DNA of 63,250 nucleotides, filler included, from Chiloscyllium plagiosum (taxonomy: Eukaryota), in the NCBI RefSeq assembly GCF_004010195.1. It is 4 parts of one record of this genome, joined end to end, with 100 filler letters (N's around TTAATTAATTAA, not from the genome) between each part and the next. Parts side by side here need not be neighbours in the genome. Positions count along the whole stretch, not along the records: positions 28,646 to 50,398 come from NC_057713.1; 3 more parts are not named here. The stretch is one strand, 5' to 3'. A model generated the notes under the pieces. The model ran no database searches and was not told the DNA's origin. It saw only the letters and a program-made list of their open reading frames with translations. Shown here in pieces: positions 35,411 through 47,190 of this stretch. The translations under genes were made by a program, and so were the position numbers. The number at the start of each line of letters is the position of its first letter. Position 1 is the stretch's first letter.

Positions 35411-35687
35411 AGTTTTTGACGTCCATGTAAACTTCATCAACTGCACCACCCTCAATATGTTTAGCCGCATTTTCAAACAAATCAATTAAATTAGTCAGAC
35501 AGGATCTCCTCGCAAATCCATGCTGACTATCCCTGATCAATGACAGATATTCCAAACATTAATTAATCCAGTCCCTCAGAACTTTTTCCAATAATTTCCT
35601 GACCACTGATATCAAACTAACTGGCCTGTAATTACCTGGTCTATCCCTGCTGTCCTTCTGAACAAAGGAACCACAGTAGCTATCCTC
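34925..35687. repeat. Perfect 257-bp inverted duplication (34925-35181 / 35431-35687) with 249-bp spacer
   Basis: Arms appear base-for-base complementary, including private CR1 mutations. Confidence 0.92.
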
Positions 35688-36070
35688 AAGTCATCCGTCC
35701 TTTCACCCGTGGCCAACAATGTATTAAATATCTCAGTCTGGGCCCCAGCAACTTCCTTCCTTGCCTCCCATAGCAACCTGGGATGCGTCTCATTGGACTC
35801 AGGGAATTTATGCCCGCTTAAACATCTAATACCTCTTCCTTATTAATCTTAAATTCTAAAACCTCACCATCCCAACTGAAATTTCTAGCTACAAGACCTT
35901 TCTCCTCTGGGAATGCAGATGAGAAATATTCATTAAGACTTTACCCACATCCATTGGCTCCAGGCACAAATTAATCCTTTGGTCTCTAATAGGCCCCACT
36001 CTTCCCCTGGCAAATCTCTTGTTTTTAATATCCTAATAAAATGTCTTGGGGTTTTCCTTAATCCCGAATG
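35420..36070 (-). mobile_element. Degenerate CR1 RT fragment
   Basis: GNYRPVSLISVVRKLLEK, RDSQHGF, SCLTNLIDLFE motifs on the minus strand. Confidence 0.8.
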
Positions 36071-36299
36071 CCCAAGATTTTTCATGCACCCACTTTGCCC
36101 TCCAAATTTCTTTTTCCTCAGCAATCTTTTGTGTCCAGTTCTCTCCATATCCATCCAGTCAAGACTTCCTTGGAGTCCTACATGTTTCAGTCAAGCTGCT
36201 TCTCTCTCTCTCTCTCTCTCTGCTGAACTCCAATGGATACAAGTGTAGCCTGTCCAACCTTTCCTCATGAGACCATTCGCCCATTTTAGACATTAGTCA

Positions 36300-37010
36300 T
36301 TAGAGATCTGTATTTATATCGAAAGCTCATGACTTCTGCTCTCCCCAATTATTTTTCAGCAAATGAAGTACTTTTTGAAATGTTGTCAATGTAGTGTAGG
36401 AAATGTGGCAGGACGCTTGCACAGAGCAAGATCCCACAGATACCAATGAGAAACTAGGTAATCTTTATTTTTATGATGTGACCTCAGGAAGAAATAAGGA
36501 TCAAGAGCCGTAGAATCCCTACCATGTGGAAACAGGCCATTCAGCCCACACTGACTCTCTAAAGAGTATCCCCCCACCCTATTCCTGCATTTCCCATGGC
36601 TAATCACTATAAGCAATTTAGCATGGCCAATCTATCTTGCACATTGTTGGACTGTGGGAGGAAACCCACACAGACCTGGGGAGAATGCGCAAACTCCACA
36701 CAGACAGTTGCCCAAGACTTGACTCAAACCTGGGTTCCTTGCACTGTGAGGCAGCAGCACTAACCACCGAGTCACCATGTGAAGAGTGCCATGCCTCGAG
36801 ATGCGAGGCATGACTTCCCTGCTCTTGTTCAAAACTAGCGCTGCAGAAGCTTTCACACTGACCTGAGAGGGTAAACTGGGCCTCATTTTAATGCCCCATC
36901 CAAGTGACAGCACTTCTGACAGTCTCTTGGTGGAGTGTTTTCCATTCAAGTAGAAAATGGGCTCACACATCCTGACTCAGCCAGAAGACTGCTGCCCCCT
37001 GAGTTACAGA
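36300..37010 (-). mobile_element. Deu-domain SINE (SacSINE1/AmnSINE1-like), interrupted by an HE1 SINE at 36507-36780
   Basis: ACCTGAGAGGGTAAACTGGGCCTCATTTTAATGCCCCATCCAAGTGACAGCACTTCTGACAGT and AATGAAGTACTTTTTGAA..TTGCACAGAGCAAGATCCCACA recalled as DeuSINE consensus motifs. Confidence 0.6.
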
Positions 37011-37491
37011 AACCCAATCTGCCATTGCTTTGAAATTCTCGACTATCACTCTGTGCTTTTTGGCTTGTTTAATCATGGCAGTTGATACTGATCAATGTCT
37101 TGTTTAGCAACAGATGTGCATTATGCAGTGGCTTGCATGGCATTATGCATGCACATTTAAAATATCGCAAGCTACAATTTTCATTTGTGTCTGCAGACCT
37201 TTCTTGGTATTTGCAGGATGAATAATCTTCAGGCTATTCATAACACTCTTTAGTTCCTGAAGTCATCCACACTTCCAGATAGACCGAACCAGATAGAGTA
37301 TAAAGTGACTACTATAGTATATGTCCAGGTGAACAATGCACCTTTCATTGCATGGGCCAGAGCATAAGAATGAAGAGCAGGACTAGGCCACCTGGCCCAT
37401 CGAGCCTGCTCCGCAATTCAATAAGAACATGGCTGATCTTTTCATGGCCTCCGCTCCACCTCCCTGCCCACTCACCATAACCATTAGTTCC

Positions 37492-38265
37492 TGTTATGAA
37501 GTTAAAATCGTGAACTGTACCTTTAAGAGAGAGAGAATGCTGTTCAGAACTGAGAACTTACAAGCACCTGTGTGTATAATTAGATAGCAGTCTGAAAGTG
37601 TACTGGAAAATTGAAAATATGTAACAGTTAGCTGTGAAATTTATAGATCAGCGTGGTGCTGGAAAAGCACAGCAGGTCAGGCAGCATCAGAGGAGCAGGA
37701 AAATCGAGGTTTCGGGCAAAAGCCCTTCATCAGGATACCTGAGTTGGTTGTTGTTTTGACAACAATTTGAATTTAACCAATCCGTTGAAACAATGCCTCA
37801 GGATACTAAAACCCAATCGAGTTTGAATTTATTGCTTTGCCAATACCAAACTAATGGGACGATCCGATGTTGGGGATATAAAAATGCAGGCATTTTGAAA
37901 ATTGGAGAGAGACCAACTGCCATTGAAAGAGAGACCCAAGAAATTAGGAAACACTCTCTTTCAAAGGGACCTTTCATTATGAAATATATTCACAGTAAAA
38001 AGAAAGCTAGCAGAAGAAAGACACCAAAGTGACAGCAGTTGTGTGGATTTGAAATTAAGTTGATGTAATTTTAATAAGTGTCTTATGGAATAGAATAGTG
38101 ATATAGAGTTGGAGGTAGATAATAAGCAGTTAAGAGAAAGGTGGACTCAGTTGTGAATAGTAGTTGTTTAATGCTCACTTTTAGAGTTAAAAGATCTGGG
38201 AGGAGCTTGAAATAAAGCTGAACATCCTGTTTCTCCACTGTATATCTAATGTAATTCTGTGTGAA
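37492..38265 (+). mobile_element. LTR-like element with a nested family-A Penelope fragment (37645-37737, -)
   Basis: Starts TGTTATGAAG..TGTACCTTTAAGAGAG like the LTR at 1735-2460; CCAAT motifs and TATAAAA near 37877. Confidence 0.5.
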
Positions 38266-38277
38266 CACGATCAAATA

Positions 38278-38527
38278 TTAAAAATCACACAACACCAGGT
38301 TATAGTCCAACAGGTTTAATTGGAAGCACACTTGCTTTTGGAGCACTGCTCCTTCATCAGGTGATTGTGGAGGACACAATTGTAAGGCACAGAATTTATG
38401 GCAAAAATTTACAATGCCTTACAATTGTGACCTCCACAATCACCTGATGAAGAAGCGTCGCTCCGAAAGCTAGTGTGCTTCCAATTAAACCTGTTGGACT
38501 ATAACCTGGTGTTGTGTGATTTTTAAC
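38278..38527. mobile_element. Fold-back Penelope-like element (family B), arms about 110 bp
   Basis: TTAAAAATCACACAACACCAGGTTATAGTCC.. mirrored by ..GGACTATAACCTGGTGTTGTGTGATTTTTAA; hammerhead at 38441-38475 (+) and a decayed copy at 38329-38363 (-). Confidence 0.85.
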
Positions 38528-38791
38528 NNNNNNNNNNNNNNNNNNNNNNNNNNNNNNNNNNNNNNNNNNNNNNNNNNNNNNNNNNNNNNNNNNNNNNNNN
38601 NNNNNNNNNNNNNNNNNNNNNNNNNNNNNNNNNNNNNNNNNNNNNNNNNNNNNNNNNNNNNNNNNNNNNNNNNNNNNNNNNNNNNNNNNNNNNNNNNNNN
38701 NNNNNNNNNNNNNNNNNNNNNNNNNNNNNNNNNNNNNNNNNNNNNNNNNNNNNNNNNNNNNNNNNNNNNNNNNNNNNNNNNNNNNNNNNNT

Positions 38792-39115
38792 GGGCGGCAC
38801 GGTGGCACAGTGGTTAGCACTGCTGCCTCACAGCGCCAGAGACCCGGGTTCAATTCCCGCCTCAGGCGACTGACTGCGTGGAGTTTGCACATTCTCCCCG
38901 TGTCTGTGTGGGTTCCCTCCGGGTGCTCCGGTTTCCTCCCACAGTCCAAAAATGTGCAGGTTAGGTGAATTGACCATGCTAAATTGCCCGTAGTGTTGGG
39001 GCAGGGGTGAATGTGGGGGAATGGGTCTGGGTGGGTTGTGCTTCGGCGAGTCGGTATGGACTTGTTGGGCCGAAGGGCCTGTTTCCACACTGTAAGTAAT
39101 CTAATCTAATCTAAA
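38792..39115 (+). mobile_element. Full-length HE1-type SINE
   Basis: A box, B box, V-domain and (TAATC)n tail; followed by a CR1 3' end at about 39113-39247. Confidence 0.95.
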
Positions 39116-41864
39116 TCCTTGGATAAGCATATGGATGATGATGGGATGGTGTAGAGGAAAGAGCTGAGAATAGGTCACAGGTCGGCGCAATATTGAGGGC
39201 CAAAGAGCCTGTTCTGCGCTGTATTATTCTATCTTCTATGTTCTATGTACTCTAGTATAGAAATACAGGAGTACAGTGAAGTGTATATAATGTTACCACA
39301 CATGACACCATCTTAGGTTCAAAGGTACAAAAAAACGTAGGTACAAAATAGTAAAAGAAACAAAATTAAGAAGTTAAGCATTACTTTCATAGAATAAGTG
39401 GAAGAATAAAGAAATAAGGTAATAGTTAATATTAAAATTGTTCTTAATATAAACTAGAAAATCAAAGGAATAAAGTTAAAAATGCTGGAGAAACAGCAGG
39501 TCTGGCAGCATCTACGGAGAGAGACATAGAGTTAATGCTTCAACTCAAATATTGACCATGCTAAATTGCCCGTAGTGTTGGGGCAAGGGTGAATGTGGGG
39601 GAATGGGTCTGGGTGGGTTGTGCTTCGGAAACTGAAGTATCACATTGAACTCAAATGTTGACTCTGTTTCTCTCTCAACTGAAGCAAAGACTCTTTGGCA
39701 TCATTACACATATTAATGTTGATTTTCCGTGTTGGCCACCATCAGGTTCTATGCTATGCGACATTGATGAAATCAGGAGCATGTCCCTTAAAGATATACT
39801 GCAAATCTGCCACTAGACATAACACAAAATGCTTTGGGTGCCAGGTGGATGGGGGTGGGGAGGTATTTTGAAAGGCAAGGGAAGTTGATATGGTAATATA
39901 AACAAACAAATATCCACTGATATTGGAAATCTGAAACAAAAACACCTGATAGGATTCCAGGTGGATGGGGTTCCAAGTGGATGAATTCAGAAGGGTGCCA
40001 GGTTGTTGGAGTGCCATTTGGGTGAATTCAGTATGGTGTCAGGTAAATGGGCTTCCAAGTTTATGATGTGAACAGGATGCCAGGTGGTTGAAGTGCCCGA
40101 TGGCCAAAGTCTGCTGTCGGGTGTCAGGCAGGTACAATGCCAGGGTGCCAGGTATGTGAATCTTTGCTTTAGTTAGATTGGGGATTTCTGGGTCTGATGG
40201 TTGGGCGCACATGTCAGATCCAACATGTGGAGGGTGGCGTTTGGTCTGTCAAGGCAGGCCCATTGTAGTGGTCTGGCTGGAAGCTTATCAGCTCAGGTCT
40301 GTGGCATTACCAGAGACAGCATTGGTGAGGGTCAGCGCAGCACAGTCTAAAAGACAGGTGGGTATTGTGGGTCAGAATAGCAAGTGGAGTTTGCCCTTGG
40401 GAGTGGGGGAAGAGTTCAAAGGAGGGTGGATTCTGATCCAGTTGAGGGGGAAAATGGCAATATGAAAACAAGATTTCCTGTGCACTTTCCACACATCTAG
40501 CTGCATTAGAGCTCTTAAGACATGGCTCCAAGATGCTCTGCTCCAACAACTCTCTGGCCACCAGAATATCCAGGCTTTTATTGTATCCAAGATGACATAA
40601 ATTCACTGGAATCTGATGCCTGGTTTGATGCAAGTCTTTGCACAGCAGCCTGTCATTGTTAGACCGAGTGATAACATATCTAGGTTCCATTACTGGTGCT
40701 ACGAATCTCACTCAGGATGGAGACGGTGAATCCTCTGCTAATCATACCTGGACGCCACTCCTTTCTCACTGACTGAGATTGCTTGCATGCATATGATTTG
40801 TACCATATAAACGTCCTCCACTCACTGAACTTTAATGGAGAAATCTTTCTGATTTTACTGGGAGTATTTGTTGTAGTTTTGCTCATGATTGCTGTCCTGT
40901 TATAAATCGAGTTTGCAAATAAACGTTATCATCTCTCTCAGTCCTATTCTATCTCCAACTCACATAATTCTGATAATGGACTCTCATTGATATTTACATA
41001 TGATAATAATTTGTTTCATTATGCTATTAAGAAATACTTTGCTTGATAATAGATATAATTCTAGATCGTGGCATCACTTTGACAAAAAGCAAAGACCTAT
41101 TGATGAAGGAAATAGGAGACAGAAACAGAAATTGCTGGAAAAAACTCAGCAGGTCTGGCAGCATCTGTGGAGAGAATAATTTGTTCTGAACCAGCTGAGT
41201 TTTACCAGTAACCAGGTTCAGAACCAAAAAGGGTCAATAACTCTGCTCTCTCTCCACACACGCTGTCAAACGTGCTGGGTTTTTCCAGAAATTTCTATAT
41301 TCGCAACACAACTTGCTACCTCCTCTCCCACTGTCACAGCAATCTCTCTTTATAAGTACTCCAAGTACTTAATTAAACAATGGCCTTCATCTGCATCATA
41401 GAATCATACAGTACAGAGAGACCCTTTGGTTCTTCAATTGTTGACACAGACTCAATACAAAACCGAAGGCCCTCTTCTGAACTGTATGATTCTACAATTC
41501 CATGAAAAGTAAAGGAAGGGCATTGCTTAATTAAGCACTTGGAGCACTTATAAATGGAGACTGTGATGACAGCAAACAGACACATGTGATGCTGCAGTCA
41601 GTAAATAGAACCATTATCAAGCAAAGTACTGGTGTCCACTTTTATGCTACTCCAGGTTTCTTGCGATTGAAAGAATAATAACCATGACTACAGTCAGAAT
41701 TGTATACTAACTCTATTGAAAACCCTTCAAGATTAAAAAAAATCTCATCAGTAGTAGTGACAACATTGGCAAAACTCTGGCTTGCTAATATTGGAATCCA
41801 GTGTAGGAGCAAGTATTTCATCCAGAAATGACTTCCGTTTTGACTTGGCACAGATGGCAGTCAT

Positions 41865-42094
41865 GGAGCTGGAAATGTGTTGCTGGAAAAGCGCAGCAGG
41901 TCAGGCAGCATCCAGGGAACAGGAGAATCGACGTTTCGGGCATAAGCCCTTCTTCAGGAAGGGCCCTCCTGAAGAAGGGCTTATGCCCGAAACGTCGATA
42001 CTCCTGTTCCCTGGATGCTGCCTGACCTGCTGCGCTTTTCCAGCAACACATTTCCAGCTCTGATCTCCAGCATCTGCAGACCTCACTTTCTCCT
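41865..42094. mobile_element. Near-perfect fold-back Penelope-like mini-element with two hammerheads and a 16-bp TSD
   Basis: Arms about 41866-41959 / 41968-42060 (one mismatch); TSD CACAGATGGCAGTCAT at 41849-41864 and 42095-42110. Confidence 0.92.
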
Positions 42095-42529
42095 CACAGA
42101 TGGCAGTCATACCTCATGTACATGAACCAGGGAACAAACCAAAGCAAAACACTTTGCTGGGTCCTGGGTGGTCAAATGCCAGGAGGATGGCAGCTGCTGG
42201 GCTTGGTGGCAATGTTTCTAGCGAGTTTTGAGAAGATTTATAGCTCTTGTAGGTAATGTGTCTATTTGGTGCCACCAGCGAAGAAAGCCACCCCTTCGAC
42301 AGTGTCAGGGGGATAATTGCTTTCCCCTTATCCCTCAGGGTCTTGCTGAAGCTATAGTTACATTCTCAGTGATTTTTACCTGGCTTTTTATGATTGTGCA
42401 GAACAGCCAGTAACACAACAGAACACTTACTTCATGTCCCTCACAAATAAGAACTGAAGACTGCCTTCAGCTAGAATATTATTTTTTTTTCACAAAATAA
42501 AGAGATTCATTTATCATCATGTGTCTTAG

Positions 42530-43300
42530 AGTCAGACAGTCAGACAGTGCAGAAGAGACCCTTCATCCTATTGATTCTGCACTAACCTATCGACATGAGA
42601 CCCACTTTCTAGCATTGGTCACATGGTCAGGAATATTATGCCATTTCAAATGCTTATCCAAGTACTTTTTAAAGTTTCCCACCTTAACCACCATCCCAGG
42701 CAATACATTCCTGAATCCCACCATGCACTGGGTGAAAAAAACTTCTTCAAATCCTCTCTAAATCTCCTTTAAAAATGTCCCATTGTTATTGACCCTTCAA
42801 CTAAGAAGAATCTTTGCTTTCTATTCACCCTGTCCATGCCCCTCATAGTTTTATACTCCTCTAACAGGTCCACTCTCAGCCTTCTCTGTTCCAAACAAAA
42901 CAACCTGATTTTATCCCGTCTCTCTTCATCGCTGGACTAATCCATCTCAGACATCATCCTAGTGAATTTCCTCTGCACCCTTTCCAATGCAATCACATCC
43001 TTCCTGTAGAGTGGTGACCAGAACTGCACACTGTACTTCAGTTGTGGCTGAACCAAAGTTCTGTACAGCTCCAAAACGGCCTTCCTACTCTTATAATCTA
43101 GGACTGATAAAGGCAGGCTCCTGTACACCTTCTTATCCACCCCATTATCCTGCCCTACCACCTTCAGGGAAGTGTGGCCAAGTATCCCAAGATCCCTCTG
43201 TTCTCCTGAACTTCCTAGTGTCCAGCCATTCACTGAGTACTCCCTTGCCTTGTTGTTTCTTCGAAAGTACATCACCTCATACTTACCAAACGCTCCACTG
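42530..43300 (-). mobile_element. CR1 3' fragment
   Basis: LYRTLVQPQLKYSVQFWSPLYRKDVIALERVQRKFTRM. Confidence 0.88.
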
Positions 43301-44329
43301 GCATCGGTGTTAATCATGTCCAGGGACTTCAGATAAATTGCAAATATTGGTGAAAACCATTTGAGAACCAAAACAATCAACAAGGAAATGAGAAATCCTA
43401 CAGTGTGAAGGTCCAGTTGGAAAATCCGTATGATTGCACGTAATGTTACACTTGTGCGGGGAATAATGTGAGTTCTTTTAACAGCATGAAGGCCAGCTTT
43501 GTTGTATCAACTAGTTAAACATAAGTTTACTTTTCTATTTGAAATAACGTTTGGCCTATTATTGTTTGAATCATGTTGGTTTCATTGGTTTGTTACTTTG
43601 AAAGACTAAACAAAGTTTCGTATAGCTTTTTATACAGCCTCTCCTTTGAATATCTCAAACTTCCAAGTTTAATTCATTTTGACGTAATATGCAGAACCGG
43701 AACTGGCCATTCACTCAATTTGCGAATGTTTGTGATCTGCATGAACTGAAATTACATTACTTCATCAAATCCTTCCATGCATTCATCCTTCACCTGTTGA
43801 TTGAGCTTCCTATTAAATACATTGAAGATATTTGTCTCAACTACTCAGCAAGTTCCACATTTCTAGAACATAATTTTCCTGAATTCACTTCTGGATTTTT
43901 TAACCACAATCTTGCATTCATGACCCTAATTGTTGTTTTTCCATACAAGTGGCAACATCTCCAAACTTTCAAAGACTCGCCCAATCTTAGACTTCTGTTG
44001 GTTCTCATCCCTTTAGGACAGCCCCAGTCTATTCAATCTTCCCTGGTTGGCAAAATATCTCAGTTCTGGGATCATCCTCATTTTCAAAGGATGGCCCAGT
44101 TTAATAACTAGTTTAAAGTTTCCCCATAACCCCAATGTGGTTGACTCTTAACTGTCCTCTGGGCGAACTAAGAATGGGCAATAACTGCTGCCCACATCTC
44201 ATGAATGAATTTAAAAACTCCACTAGATGTATTTTCAGCAGTAAGAGTGCATTAATTATGAGGGGGATCCAGCTGACATATTTAATTAAATGTCAATGGA
44301 ATTGCCAAGCTGACTAACTAGCACATTAC

Positions 44330-45563
44330 AACAGTGACCAACTCAACACTGACATTATCTACAAATCCCACAGCTATCTGGATTAAACCTCCTCCCACCC
44401 TATCTCCTGCAAAAATGCTATCCCTTATTCCCAATTTCTCCTCCTCCGCTGCATCTGCTCCCAGGAGGATCAGTTCCATCACAGAACACACCAGATCGCC
44501 TCCTTCTTCAAAGACCACAATTTCCCCTCCCACGCATCTCACCCACTTCCCACACCTCCGCCCTCAAACCCCACCCCTCCAACCGCAGCAAGGACAGAAC
44601 CCCCCCGGTCCTCACCTTTCACCCCACCAACCTCCGCATAAACCATATCATCCGCCGACATTTCCGCCATCTACAAATGGACCCCACCACCAGAGATATA
44701 TTTCCCTCCCCACCCCTATCTGCGTTCCGTAAAGACTGTCCCTCCGCGACTACCTCGTCAGGTCCACACCCCCCAACAACTCACCCTCCCCTCCTGGCAC
44801 CTTCCTCTTCCACCTCAGGAATCGCAAAACTACAAACAAACCTCCCCTCTCACCTCTGTCCAAGGCCCCAAAGGAGCTTTCCACATCCATCAAACCTTCA
44901 CCTGCACTTCCACACATGTCATTTATTGTATCCGTTGTTCCCAATGCAGTCTCCTCTACAATGGGGAGACAGGATGCCTACTCACAGAGTGCTTCAGAGA
45001 ACATCTCTGGGACACCTGCACCAATCAACCCCACTGCCCCATGGCCCAACACTTCAACTCCCCCTCCCACTCTGCCAAGGAAATGCAGGTCCTGGGCCTC
45101 CTCCATCGCCACTCCCTTACACCCAACGCCTGAAGGAAGATTGCCTCATCTTCCGCCTCAGGACCCTCCGACTCCATGGCATCAATGTGGATTTCACCAG
45201 TTACCTCATTTCCCCTCCCCACACCTTACCCAGTTCCAAACTTCCAACTTGGCACCGCCCTCATGACCTGTCCCACTTGTCCATTTTCCTTCCCACCTAT
45301 GCGCTCCACCCTCCCCTTCGACCTACCACCTTTACCCCCACCTCCATCAACCTATTGCACTCTCAACTACTTTCCCCTCAGCCCCATGCCCCTCCCAATT
45401 ATCTCTCCACCCCAGAGACTCCCAGCCTCATTCCTGATGAAGAGCTTTTGCTCGAAACATTGATATACTTGCTCCTCGGATGCTGCCTGACCTGTTGTGC
45501 TTTTTCAGCACCACTCTAATCTTGACTCTAATCTCCAGCATCTGCAGTCCTCAGTTTCACCTC
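44330..45563 (+). mobile_element. Penelope-like element 3' half (RT thumb, GIY-YIG, terminal repeat), frameshifted
   Basis: SCKNAIPYSQFL..RCICS; DPTTRDIFPSPPLSAFRKD; HVIYCIRCSQCSLLYNGETG; hammerhead variant with helix II GAGC-UUUU-GCUC at about 45430-45465. Confidence 0.9.
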
Positions 45564-45806
45564 GGACATTATACTGACTATGCTATAACATGTTGGCACA
45601 AGCAGGAATATAATATATGCAAATTTGAATCTATATTATAACATCAAATATTGGATTTTAATTAAGGTAAATATGAATAACAGACCAACTGTGGTTGAAC
45701 ACTCACAGACCACATCAAATAGCAATGCAGTCAAGGAAAATCCCAAAATTTGTCAGCAGCTCATGCCCCCAACTCTATCCCCACCCAGTCTATCATTTTA
45801 CTGTAG

Positions 45807-45849
45807 GTTATCAAATCTTATTAAAATGTTATCAAATCTTATTAAAATG
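45807..45849 (+). repeat. 21-bp perfect tandem duplication
   Basis: GTTATCAAATCTTATTAAAAT twice. Confidence 0.9.
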
Positions 45850-46992
45850 CTAAGCCTTCACTTCTGAAGGCTTAGCTTCTGAATACATCAAAACCACTCC
45901 ATCACAGGCTGTTTCAACAATTATTTGTTACTGCAGTGTACTCTCTTTTCCTGGCACTGTGCACAGGGCTCTCAAAACCGTACTCTAATTATGCTCAGTG
46001 CTTACTCATGGAAACACTTCCATTTTGTTTATAGGCCACCAGCCTCACCAAGCTGGGTTTCTAAAAATCTCACTGAGCTGCACCAAGCAAACGCTGCTTG
46101 TGGGCTTCCATCATTCCTTAACCATTAGCTAGACAGTCTGATTTAAATGTAGCAACAAGCAGAGGCTATACTGTCCTATGACTAGTTTATGGATTAAAAA
46201 CAGATACATAAATTTAGTCCAGCACAATAATATAGAACAACAATAGAAGATATTTCAGATGGCGTTCAACAGAGTGCAAGAAATAATATTCTGTGAATAG
46301 GAAAGAATGAACTAAACATCAATGGAAGTCAATGAATCAATAAAGATATGTGTTCAACTAAGGGTAAGGGAAGAGCAGGCACCTGTACACAGGCAGCAGA
46401 GCAATGCAGCATAAAGGAGAGTAGAAGAGAAGTCAAAAATATAATTAGGCAGGCAAAGAGGAACTGTGAAATTAAATTATTAAGAAAATAAAACAAAACA
46501 GCAAAATATCTCAGTGGCAGTGATTAAAACAGGACCATTAGACACTTGCAGGAAAATACAATTTAATGACAGAGAAATGGTAGAAATATTAATTGATTAT
46601 TTTGCTTTCTACTTACACGAGAGATAGAACAAGGTGAAATGCCATTTAATGATGGGATGCGCCAACAGATAAGTAAAATTGCATTTTAGAATAATCTAGG
46701 GAAACAACTGGGAGACATTATTATACTTGTATCTAATGCATCATCAAAAAAGTCGTCATGTCAGAAGACTGAAAGGCAGTTCATATAATGCTCATATCCA
46801 AAAAGTAGGACAGAATGTACCCAGGGAATGAGAGACCAGTGAGACAATGATGGTCATAAAAATAACTGAATCCCTACTGAAGGAGAGAATAGACTTTAAA
46901 ATAAAGATACAAGAATGAATAATTGGCATGGATTTTAAAAGGAAAAATCTGTTTGACCACAGGAGCAGAAGTAGGCCATTCAGCCCATCGAG

Positions 46993-47190
46993 GCAAAAGT
47001 GGTTACTGCAGATGTTGGAGATTAGAGTCAAGATTAGAGTGGTGCTGGAAAAGCACAGCAGGTCAGGCAGCATCTGAGAAGCAGGAAAAGCCATTCCTGA
47101 TGAAGGGCTTTTGCCTGAAACATCAATTTTCCTGCTCCTCGGATGCTGCCTGACCTGCTGTGCTTTTCCAGCACCACTCTGATCCTGACT
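46993..47190. mobile_element. Fold-back Penelope-like mini-element (family A) with 16-bp TSD, inserted in a CR1 3' UTR
   Basis: TSD CATTCAGCCCATCGAG at 46977-46992 and 47191-47206. Confidence 0.88.

Noticed and set aside
38792..38870. tRNA genes at the HE1 heads
   Set aside because: A/B boxes are present, but each continues into the V-domain and LINE-like tail of a SINE; no proper cloverleaf.
39820..40160. Recurring GGGTGCCAGGT(G/A) motifs
   Set aside because: Irregularly spaced, degenerate low-complexity repeat with no definable unit or function.
41865..42094. Palindromic elements as DNA-transposon MITEs or miRNA genes
   Set aside because: Arms are asymmetric, TSDs vary from 9 to 16 bp, and the sequence matches the 3' repeat of GIY-YIG-encoding Penelope copies (10150-10240, 45430-45560).
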